Sequence record: DRR723986_697
DNA length: 30,008 bases
Reading direction: 5' to 3' (one strand)
Positions within the stretch are counted from its first letter, which is position 1, and each line of letters begins with the position of its first letter. Below are positions 17,267 through 24,676 of this stretch, in pieces. The translations under genes were made by a program, and so were the position numbers. The notes under the pieces were generated by a model. That model had not been told where the DNA came from, searched no databases, and worked only from the letters and a program-made list of their open reading frames with translations.

Positions 17267-18618
17267 CCCCAACCCGCAAGTTCCTGCTGGCCGGAGCCGC
17301 ACTCGGCTTCCTTGGCCTGACGGCCTGCTCCAGCCTGCCCAGCTTCAATTTCGGAAACGATAACGCAAAGGAACTGGCCGAGGCTGAAAAAGCCGGGCGG
17401 ATCACCATGGTCCTGTCGGATACCGAGCTGGAGGCCAATCCGGAACTCGCCACTGAAACCATCAACCTGCCGCCTGCGCAGGACATCACGGCCTGGCCGC
17501 AAGCTGGCTCGAATGCCGAGAAGGTGATCGGGCACATCAAGGCCGCCGAAACGCTATCGGTTGCCTGGCGCAACGGCGTCGGCAAGGGTTCCGGCAAGAA
17601 ATCGGCCATCTCCACGCCGCCGGTCGCCAGCGAGACGACCGTGTTCACACTCGATTCCGAGCAGACTGTGGTCGCGACCGACCTGGCAAGCGGCAACACC
17701 AAATGGCGCAAGAAGCTGGAAGGCCTGACCCGGCGCGACAGGGCCGCGCTCGGCGGAGGTCTTGCTGTCCAGGGTGACTCCCTGATCGTTGCCAGCGGCT
17801 TCGGTTATGTCACGGCGCTCGATGCCAACACGGGCGAAGAAAAGTGGAAGAACACACTGAGCGCGCCGATGACGGGCGCTCCGACCATCAAGGATGGCCG
17901 GATCTTCGTCGAATCCAACAATAATGAAATCTACGCCCTGTCGATGGACAGCGGTGAAATCGAGTGGTCCGACCAGGCAATCTCCGAAACGGCCCGCGTG
18001 CTGGGCAGCCCCAGCCCCGCCGCCGTGGAAGACTTCGTGATCGCGCCCTTCTCTTCCGGGGAAGTGATCGCCTATCTCGCCTCGAACGGCCGCCGCCTGT
18101 GGACGGATGCCATTTCAAGCGCCGGGCGGTTCACCCCTATTTCCGAGATCAACGACATCGGCTCGCGTCCGGTGCTTGCCGGCGGGCTCGTTTATGCCTC
18201 CAGCCAGTCCGGCATCACGATCGCCATCGATGGCCGCAGCGGCCAGCGCATCTGGTCCAAGCAGATCGGATCGGTCCAGCCTCCAGCCGTCACCGGCGAG
18301 CATATGTTCGTGCTCGGAACGGATGGAAAGCTTGCCTGCCTCAACTCCTCCTCGGGCGAGGCCTACTGGGTTGTCCAGCTGCGCCAGTTCGAGAAACAGG
18401 AAAAGAAGAAAAAGCGCATTTCCTATTCCGGTCCGGTCGTGGCATCCGACCGGATCCTGGTCGTCTCATCGACCGGATACCTGCTCGCCTATTCGCCGCA
18501 AACCGGCGAAGAGGTTGGCTCCCTAAAACTGGGTGACCGCGTTTACCTCGAACCCATCGCCGCTCAGGACAAACTCATTGTTCTGACGGATGACGCCAAA
18601 CTGATCGCAATCAAGTAA
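17263..18618 (+). CDS. bamB: PQQ-like beta-propeller lipoprotein (BamB-like)
   Basis: Lipobox LTAC, repeated AxDxxxGxxxW propeller motifs; lies between the yfgM-like gene and der. Confidence 0.85.
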   Translation: MTPTRKFLLAGAALGFLGLTACSSLPSFNFGNDNAKELAEAEKAGRITMVLSDTELEANPELATETINLPPAQDITAWPQAGSNAEKVIGHIKAAETLSVAWRNGVGKGSGKKSAISTPPVASETTVFTLDSEQTVVATDLASGNTKWRKKLEGLTRRDRAALGGGLAVQGDSLIVASGFGYVTALDANTGEEKWKNTLSAPMTGAPTIKDGRIFVESNNNEIYALSMDSGEIEWSDQAISETARVLGSPSPAAVEDFVIAPFSSGEVIAYLASNGRRLWTDAISSAGRFTPISEINDIGSRPVLAGGLVYASSQSGITIAIDGRSGQRIWSKQIGSVQPPAVTGEHMFVLGTDGKLACLNSSSGEAYWVVQLRQFEKQEKKKKRISYSGPVVASDRILVVSSTGYLLAYSPQTGEEVGSLKLGDRVYLEPIAAQDKLIVLTDDAKLIAIK

Positions 18619-18665
18619 GGGGCGGCGCCGGCAGGCGCGAACCCCGCTTATGTTACGGGCCTGCC

Positions 18666-20195
18666 ATGCCGCTCAAACTCGCCATTGTCGGACGTCCGAA
18701 TGTCGGAAAGTCCACGCTCTTCAACCGGCTCGCCGGGAAGAAGATTGCGCTTGTCGACGACCAGCCCGGCGTCACCCGCGACCGCAAGGAGGCCGAGGGC
18801 AATCTCGCCTCGATGCCGCTGATCCTGATCGATACAGCCGGCTATGAAAGCGTCCATGACGACAGTCTCGAATCCCGCATGCGCGCCCAGACCGAGGCCG
18901 CCATCGCGGAAGCTGAGCTCTGCCTGTTCCTGGTCGATGCACGTGTCGGCATCACGCCGGACGATGAAAACTTCGCTCAGCTGCTCCGCAAATCCGGCCT
19001 GCCGATTGTTCTGGCGGCGAACAAGGCAGAAGGCCGCCAGGGCGAAGCGGGTGTCATGGAAGCCTGGTCGCTTGGCTTCGGTGAGCCGATCGGCCTGTCA
19101 GCAGAGCATGGCGAAGGCTTTGCGGAACTCTTCGACGCAATCCGCCGCGCGCTCGGCGAAGAAGCCTTCGAGAAGGCGATGGAAGAGCCCGAGCCAGACT
19201 ATGCGCGCGGCGGCGGCGAAGACATTCTCGAAAAGCTCGCTCATATCGACATTGACGACGACACATTGTCCGACGACGATCTTGTTGCCGCCATTGAAGA
19301 AGCCGATGTCGACGTGGAACCGGAGCCGCCGCGTGCTGACAAGCCGGTAAAGCTGGCCATTGTCGGCCGCCCGAATGCCGGCAAGTCCACGCTGATCAAC
19401 CAGCTCCTGCAATCTGACCGCCTGCTGACAGGACCGGAAGCCGGTATCACGCGCGACTCCGTCACGCTGGACTGGGAGTGGGAAGGCCGCCGCGTGCGGC
19501 TCGTCGATACGGCGGGCCTGCGCCGGAAGAGCAAGGTTCAGGAACGGCTGGAGCGGATGTCGACCGCCGAAACCATCCGCTCCCTGAAATATGCCGAGAT
19601 CGTCGCGCTGGTGATGGACCCGCACGACGCACTGGAAAAGCAGGACCTGCAGATCGCGGACCTCTGCCTGCGCGAAGGGCGCGGCCTGGTTCTGGTCGTC
19701 TCGAAATGGGATACGGTGAAGGATCCGGACGCTGCGGCGCGTCATATCCGCGATATTGCCAATCGCCTGATGCCGAATGCGGGCGGGGCGCCGGTTGTGT
19801 TCCTGTCCGGCCTGACCGGCAAACATGTCGACCGGCTGATGCCTGCCGTGCTGCAGGTCCACAAGGACTGGACGGCGCGCGTGAAGACCGGCGACCTGAA
19901 CCGCTGGCTGCGCCACACAATCGAGCGCCATCCGCCCCCGGCTGTCCAGGGCAAGCGGATCAAGCCGCGCTACATGGCGCAGATGAAATCCCGTCCACCG
20001 ACCTTCGTGCTGATCGCCTCACGCGGTGACCAGATGCCGGAAAGCTACAAGCGCTATCTGATCAACGAACTGCGCGATGCCTTCGACCTGCACGGCGTAC
20101 CGATCCGCCTGTTCGTGCGGCAGGGCAAGAACCCCTATGCCGGAAAGCCTGCCGGGTTCCAGAAGCCGCCCTCGAAAAAGGGCAGCAAGCACTGA
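18666..20195 (+). CDS. der: Ribosome biogenesis GTPase Der (EngA)
   Basis: Two G domains (GRPNVGKS..DTAG and GRPNAGKS..DTAG) and a KH-like C-terminus (PPTFV, SYKRYLIN). Confidence 0.98.
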   Translation: MPLKLAIVGRPNVGKSTLFNRLAGKKIALVDDQPGVTRDRKEAEGNLASMPLILIDTAGYESVHDDSLESRMRAQTEAAIAEAELCLFLVDARVGITPDDENFAQLLRKSGLPIVLAANKAEGRQGEAGVMEAWSLGFGEPIGLSAEHGEGFAELFDAIRRALGEEAFEKAMEEPEPDYARGGGEDILEKLAHIDIDDDTLSDDDLVAAIEEADVDVEPEPPRADKPVKLAIVGRPNAGKSTLINQLLQSDRLLTGPEAGITRDSVTLDWEWEGRRVRLVDTAGLRRKSKVQERLERMSTAETIRSLKYAEIVALVMDPHDALEKQDLQIADLCLREGRGLVLVVSKWDTVKDPDAAARHIRDIANRLMPNAGGAPVVFLSGLTGKHVDRLMPAVLQVHKDWTARVKTGDLNRWLRHTIERHPPPAVQGKRIKPRYMAQMKSRPPTFVLIASRGDQMPESYKRYLINELRDAFDLHGVPIRLFVRQGKNPYAGKPAGFQKPPSKKGSKH

Positions 20196-20275
20196 CGGCC
20201 CTGCACACCAGAATGTTATTCGTCTGATTGGGCGCGCGTTTATATGAGAGGACGCGTAGCAAAAGGAGCCGTGGC

Positions 20276-21343
20276 ATGAACCAGATCCAGGACATCGTGA
20301 AAACCTATTATGGGGAGACCCTGTCCACGTCGATGGATCTGAAGACCGATGCCTGCACGACGGCGGACCGCCCGCCCCCGCACGTCTCCGCCGCCCTTGC
20401 CGCCGTGCACGATGACGTCGCGGCAAAATATTATGGCTGCGGCCTGGCCATTCCTTCCATGCTGGAAGGCCTGAAAGTTCTGGACCTCGGCTGCGGCGCC
20501 GGGCGCGATGTGTTTGCGCTCGCCAGACTGGTCGGCCCCACCGGCCACGTCACCGGCGTGGACATGACCGACGCGCAGCTGGACGTCGCCCGCGACCACG
20601 AGGCCTGGCACGCCGAACAATTCGGCTATGACGCGCCGAATACACGTTTTGTGAAAGGCTATCTGGAGAAGCTCGGCGAGCTGGACCTTGAGCCGGGCTC
20701 CTTCGACCTGATCATTTCCAATTGCGTGATCAATCTGTGCACAGACAAGCCGGAAGTCTTCCGCCAGGCGCATCGCCTGTTGAAACCGGGCGGTGAGCTT
20801 TATTTCTCGGATGTTTACGCAGACCGGCGGATCCCTGCAGATCTTGCTGCAGATCCGGTGCTCTACGGCGAATGCCTCTCGGGCGCGCTCTATTGGGGCG
20901 ACTTCCAGTCCATCGTGAAAGCGGCCGGATTTACCGATCCGCGTACGGTGAGCCATCGCCGGCTCGGCATCATCGACCCGGCGCTGAAGGACAAGCTGGG
21001 CCCGATCCGCTTCGCCTCCGTTACGGCGCGCCTGATCAAGCTCGATAACCTCGATGTAGCCTGTGAAGATTACGGTCAGGCCGTCATCTACAAGGGCGGC
21101 ATTCCGGGCATGGAACAGGTTTTCGTGCTGGACGCAGAGCACAGTATCGAAGCGGGCCGCGTCTTCCCTGTCTGTGGCAATACGCTGGCCATGCTGAAGG
21201 ACACGCGCTTTGCGCCATACTTCGAGGTTATCGGCGACGGCGCCACGCATTACGGCCTGTTCCCCGGCTGCGCCGCGCCGGATGTATTCGCCGCCAGTAC
21301 CACAGACGAAGCCCCCGCTTCCCCGGGCGGCTGCTGCGGCTGA
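20276..21343 (+). CDS. SAM-dependent methyltransferase, arsenite methyltransferase (ArsM/AS3MT)-like
   Basis: ATG 20276 after SD AAGGAG; DLKTDAC, YYGCG, VLDLGCGAGRD, ISNCVINL, GECLSGAL and C-terminal GGCCG. Confidence 0.85.
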   Translation: MNQIQDIVKTYYGETLSTSMDLKTDACTTADRPPPHVSAALAAVHDDVAAKYYGCGLAIPSMLEGLKVLDLGCGAGRDVFALARLVGPTGHVTGVDMTDAQLDVARDHEAWHAEQFGYDAPNTRFVKGYLEKLGELDLEPGSFDLIISNCVINLCTDKPEVFRQAHRLLKPGGELYFSDVYADRRIPADLAADPVLYGECLSGALYWGDFQSIVKAAGFTDPRTVSHRRLGIIDPALKDKLGPIRFASVTARLIKLDNLDVACEDYGQAVIYKGGIPGMEQVFVLDAEHSIEAGRVFPVCGNTLAMLKDTRFAPYFEVIGDGATHYGLFPGCAAPDVFAASTTDEAPASPGGCCG

Positions 21344-21391
21344 ACTCAGGCAGACAGGGAATTTCTCCGAATTGCCTTTTCGCCCGTCATA

Positions 21392-21411
21392 ATATATAGA
21401 TATCTATATAT
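21392..21411. promoter_or_regulatory. Perfect 20-bp AT-rich palindrome, putative MarR operator overlapping the promoter
   Basis: ATATATAGAT|ATCTATATAT; TTGCCT (21372-21377) lies 17 nt before TATAGA (21395-21400) inside the palindrome; 16 nt before the ATG at 21428. Confidence 0.75.
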
Positions 21412-21427
21412 ATGAACGGAGACGACG

Positions 21428-22591
21428 ATGTTTTCCCGGCGAGCCCTTCTGGTCACTGGCGGCGCCAGCATTCTTGTTCTTGGCGGCGGCTATGCCGGCC
21501 TCTCGGCCATGAGCACTATCGCCCCGGCGCAGGAGCCCTGGCGTCGGGCAACACAGGGATTAGGCGATCCCCGCCTGAACGCGGCAGCCTATGCCATACT
21601 TGCCCCCAGCCCCCACAATCGTCAGCCATGGATGATCCGCCTGGAGGGTGATGACAGCCTGACCCTGTTCTGTGACCTGGACCGTCGCTTGCCGGAAACA
21701 GACCCGCCCGATCGTCAGACAACGATCGGCCTTGGTGCTTTCCTCGAACTGCTGCGACAGGCCGCTGCCGAACAGGGCCATCGGCTCGACATCACGCCTT
21801 TCCCGGAAGGCGAACCGGGTGAAAGGCTGGATGACCGCCCCATCGCGCATGTGCGCTTTGTCGAAGATGCCGGCGTCGAACGGGACGCGCTTTTCGGCTA
21901 CGCCCTGAAGCGGCGCACGGCACGGCGCAAATTCGATCCGGGCCGCCCTGTCCCCTCCGACAGGCTGGCTGCGCTGATGGACATTTCAAATGCCCTGCCC
22001 GGGCTGGACGCAATCAAGGTGGACGTCACCAGCCAGCCCGAAACCGTCAGCTGGTTGCGGAACATTTGCAGGCGCGCCTGGGAGATCGAACTTCGCAAGC
22101 CGGAAACCTGCCATGAAAGCTCCTACCTTACCCGAATCGGCGCGAAGCAGATCAATACCAATCCCGACGGCATCTCCCTCGCAGGACCGATGATGGAAGC
22201 CTACCGCATGACCGGCCTGCTGACCCGGGACAGTATGGACGAGATCGGCTCCACAGCGTGGGAGGCAACCCTCTCCACGTATAACGGACTGATCGACAGT
22301 GCACCGACCTTCCTCTGGTTCACCACGCCCGGTAATTCACGGGCTGAGCAGCTCGCGAGCGGTGCGGTCTGGATTCGCCTGCAGCTGGCAGCCGCGGCGG
22401 TAGGTGTCGGGTTCCAGCCGCTCTCGCAGGTGCTCGAAGAGTATAGCGAAATGGCCGAGCCGTTTGCCGAGATCCATGACCGTTTCAACGTCACGCTGCC
22501 GGGCCGGATACAAGGCCTCTTCCGGCTGGGTTATGCCGGCGGGCAACCGCCCTCGCCCCGCTGGCCACTTGAATCCCGGATCATAACATGA
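21428..22591 (+). CDS. Acg-like FMN-binding nitroreductase-family protein with twin-arginine signal
   Basis: N-terminal SRRALL plus hydrophobic stretch; LAPSPHNRQPW, TDPPDRQ, GFQPLSQ and FRLGYA motifs; SD GGAGA. Confidence 0.85.
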   Translation: MFSRRALLVTGGASILVLGGGYAGLSAMSTIAPAQEPWRRATQGLGDPRLNAAAYAILAPSPHNRQPWMIRLEGDDSLTLFCDLDRRLPETDPPDRQTTIGLGAFLELLRQAAAEQGHRLDITPFPEGEPGERLDDRPIAHVRFVEDAGVERDALFGYALKRRTARRKFDPGRPVPSDRLAALMDISNALPGLDAIKVDVTSQPETVSWLRNICRRAWEIELRKPETCHESSYLTRIGAKQINTNPDGISLAGPMMEAYRMTGLLTRDSMDEIGSTAWEATLSTYNGLIDSAPTFLWFTTPGNSRAEQLASGAVWIRLQLAAAAVGVGFQPLSQVLEEYSEMAEPFAEIHDRFNVTLPGRIQGLFRLGYAGGQPPSPRWPLESRIIT

Positions 22592-23040
22592 GCCGGCCAG
22601 CCGGCCTTGCCGGCGACCCGGTCGAGTTTGCCGCGATGACGGAGATCTCCATCATCGCCCACCTGGCCGATACTGCCTTTGCCCGACGCCTCCCGGATGG
22701 CCTGACTACGGCGCAGTTCGCGGTCCTCAACCATCTGCTTCGTCTTGAAACGCAGCAAACCATCGGAGAGCTCGCACGGGCACTTCAGGTGTCGCAGCCG
22801 ACCATGTCTTCGACCGTCCGCCGGCTGGAGGAAAAAGGGCTGGTCTCGCTGGAGCCTGACGCGGACGACCGGCGGATCCGGCGGGTCGCTGTCAGCCGGG
22901 CCGGAGCGGCTACACGGAAAAAGGCGGTGCAAGCTCTGGATGCGTCAAAGGAGGAACTCAAGGTGCTGAGCCAGAAGGAGTGGACGCAATTGCTGCCGCT
23001 CCTCAACAAATTGCGGGTCGCGCTCGATTCGAAGCGCTAA
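22588..23040 (+). CDS. MarR-family transcriptional regulator
   Basis: GLTTAQFAVL, ELARALQVSQPTMSSTVRRLEEKGLV and DADDRR wing; ATGA overlap with the nitroreductase gene. Confidence 0.93.
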   Translation: MSRPAGLAGDPVEFAAMTEISIIAHLADTAFARRLPDGLTTAQFAVLNHLLRLETQQTIGELARALQVSQPTMSSTVRRLEEKGLVSLEPDADDRRIRRVAVSRAGAATRKKAVQALDASKEELKVLSQKEWTQLLPLLNKLRVALDSKR

Positions 23041-23043
23041 GCC

Positions 23044-23481
23044 CTATTCTTCCGTCCGGTCGACATTGCCGCGCAGGGATTTGATTTCGCCCCGGCGCTT
23101 TTTCTCGGCGATGCGGCGGCGGATACTGCCCTTGGTCGGTTTGGTGCGGATGCGCCGCTTGGGTTTCTGGCTGGCCTTGAGAATCATCTCCGCCAGACGC
23201 TTGCGGGCAGCTTCCCGGTTCAGGGCCTGGCTGCGATGACTGCCGGCTTCGAGTATCAGCCGACCGTCATTGGTCATCCGGCTGCCAAACAGCTTCGCGA
23301 ACCGTTCCTTGATTTCCGCTGGCAGAGAAGAGGCCTCGACATGCCAGGTCAGCTGCACAGCGGTGGAGACCTTGTTCACATGCTGTCCGCCCGGCCCGGA
23401 CGCCCGGACAAAGGCTTCCGACAGCTCCCATGCCGGTACGGTGAGCGCATCCGAGACGCGGAGATCGCCGAAATCGGACAT
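23044..23481 (-). CDS. arfB: Alternative ribosome rescue peptidyl-tRNA hydrolase ArfB
   Basis: RASGPGGQHVNK (GGQ), RSQALNR and basic tail PKRRIRTKPTKGSIRRR. Confidence 0.96.
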   Translation of the reverse strand: MSDFGDLRVSDALTVPAWELSEAFVRASGPGGQHVNKVSTAVQLTWHVEASSLPAEIKERFAKLFGSRMTNDGRLILEAGSHRSQALNREAARKRLAEMILKASQKPKRRIRTKPTKGSIRRRIAEKKRRGEIKSLRGNVDRTEE

Positions 23482-23490
23482 GGATAAAGC

Positions 23491-23532
23491 TTAACTCCTC
23501 GTTCAGAGACCGTTCAGGCCGGGAAATATAGG
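23491..23532 (+). promoter_or_regulatory. Three half-sites on an 11-bp period (TTAAC/TTCAG/TTCAG) plus a -10-like TATAGG; putative OmpR/PhoB-type activator site
   Basis: Half-sites start at 23491, 23502 and 23513; CGTTCAG is repeated exactly; TATAGG at 23527. Confidence 0.55.
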
Positions 23533-23616
23533 TTTGCTCCAATGCGCAATGCGCGACAACCAGACGGCCAGCCAAACACAGTGCGGCAAGCCATTTCAAC
23601 GGAGGCCCAGCCTGCC

Positions 23617-24198
23617 ATGAAACTGATGAATACATTCGGAAAAGCCATGGCGGCGCTGGCGATTGCCGGCCTGACCATCGTTCCCGTTGCCAGCGCCGAT
23701 CCTGACCGTGGACGCGACCGCGGCGGTTGGGACCGGGGTGATCGCGATCATGACCGTGGCCGTCACGGAAGTGGCGACCGGCATGATTACCGCCGTGGCG
23801 GACATGACTATCGCGGTGACTATCGTCGTGATCATCGCCGGTATGACTGGCATGACCGCCATGACTACCGTCGCGATTACCGCCACCCCAGCTATGCCTA
23901 CCGGTATCCGCCGGTCCGCCACTATGCCCCGCCGCCGCGCTATGGTTCCTACGCGACCTATGGCTACCGGACGGGTCCTTACTTCCGTTCGGGCTATATC
24001 TCGCCCTACCGGATTGGCGGTTATTACCGCCCGCACCCGCGCACGGTCTATATCCGCGATTACTCCCGTTACGGCCTGTATGCGCCACCGCCCGGATACT
24101 ACTGGGTTCATGACTATGATCGCGGCGATGCGATCCTGGCTTCGGTGGCAACAGGCGCAATCATTGGTCTTGTCGTCGGCGCACTCGCTTACGATTAA
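23617..24198 (+). CDS. RcnB-family secreted protein with an Asp/Arg/His/Gly-rich low-complexity region
   Basis: ATG 23617 after GGAGG; signal peptide ending ASA; C-terminal DYSRYGLYAPPPGYYWV..DAILASVATGAI typical of the RcnB domain. Confidence 0.85.
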   Translation: MKLMNTFGKAMAALAIAGLTIVPVASADPDRGRDRGGWDRGDRDHDRGRHGSGDRHDYRRGGHDYRGDYRRDHRRYDWHDRHDYRRDYRHPSYAYRYPPVRHYAPPPRYGSYATYGYRTGPYFRSGYISPYRIGGYYRPHPRTVYIRDYSRYGLYAPPPGYYWVHDYDRGDAILASVATGAIIGLVVGALAYD

Positions 24199-24230
24199 GG
24201 CTGATAGGGCGTCCTGCCCGCTTGGTGAAC

Positions 24231-24257
24231 GCCCGGATGTCTTCCCGGCATCCGGGC
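24231..24257 (+). terminator. GC-rich hairpin after the RcnB-like gene
   Basis: GCCCGGATGTC-ttccc-GGCATCCGGGC, 11-bp stem with one G-U pair; U-tract weak. Confidence 0.45.
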
Positions 24258-24312
24258 AATTCATGTTCATCACGCAAAATTGGGCGGAAAAGTCGCGTTC
24301 TTAACTTTTGCA

Positions 24313-24328
24313 TGGCGCAAATCATGCT
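24313..24328 (+). promoter_or_regulatory. Putative sigma54 (-24/-12) promoter
   Basis: TGGCGC-AAATC-ATGCT with exact GG-N10-GC spacing (consensus TGGCAC-N5-TTGCW). Confidence 0.55.
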
Positions 24329-24400
24329 TAACTCCGAGTCGTCCGGGATGGTCCCGGACAAGAAGTACGCGCCTGTTGCGCGCCTGAAAGGAGGTGATCC

Positions 24401-24481
24401 ATGTCGAGTGAGAAACCAGGTGAGGCCAAGTGGTCCAAATCCTACGGTATCTGGCTGGAGCAGCCTCCAGTCAGTGCCTAG
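24401..24481 (+). CDS. Unannotated 26-aa small ORF MSSEKPGEAKWSKSYGIWLEQPPVSA
   Basis: ATG immediately after GAAAGGAGGTGATCC (24386-24400); TAG at 24479-24481; flanked by its own promoter-like motif and terminator. Confidence 0.6.
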   Translation: MSSEKPGEAKWSKSYGIWLEQPPVSA

Positions 24482-24538
24482 AGATTTGTACCGGTAAGCT
24501 GAGACGCTGCCGGGACCATTGTCCTCAACGGACTCACG

Positions 24539-24571
24539 GGAGCCGCCCTCATCGGGGCGGCTTCTTTGATT
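24539..24571 (+). terminator. Intrinsic terminator closing the small-ORF unit
   Basis: GGAGCCGCCCT-catc-GGGGCGGCTTC followed by TTTGATT. Confidence 0.75.
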
Positions 24572-24676
24572 CTGGACGAGAATTAGCCGACGATGGCACT
24601 CAATACTGGCCGAAACGGGTTCGCGTGGGCGGGCAATTCGGCTATCTGGCTTCAAACGCACGAACGGAGACCCAGC

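Noticed and set aside
15641-17302. 553-aa minus-strand ORF
   Set aside because: Antisense shadow of panB and the yfgM-like gene; no recognisable domain.
21341-21400. Selenocysteine read-through of the TGA after GGCCG in the methyltransferase
   Set aside because: A terminal CC tail is normal for ArsM-like proteins, and no convincing SECIS-like hairpin follows.
23698-23890. CRISPR or tandem DNA repeat array
   Set aside because: The repeats are short, degenerate and in frame within a protein low-complexity tract; there are no spacers or cas genes.
24301-24332. Full CtrA box from two TTAAC motifs
   Set aside because: The half-sites start 27 nt apart, not the 11 nt required for TTAA-N7-TTAAC.
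24386-24401. Possible 16S rRNA gene end or fragment on the minus strand
   Set aside because: The match stops after 16 nt. A real 16S would continue GCCGCAGG on this strand, but the sequence continues TGTCGAG, and there is no other rRNA similarity nearby.
24336-24571. 6S RNA or tmRNA as the identity of the structured intergenic RNA
   Set aside because: No ANDN-type tag frame or tRNA-like ends, and pairing is not continuous enough for the 6S rod. It cannot be fully excluded without an Infernal search.
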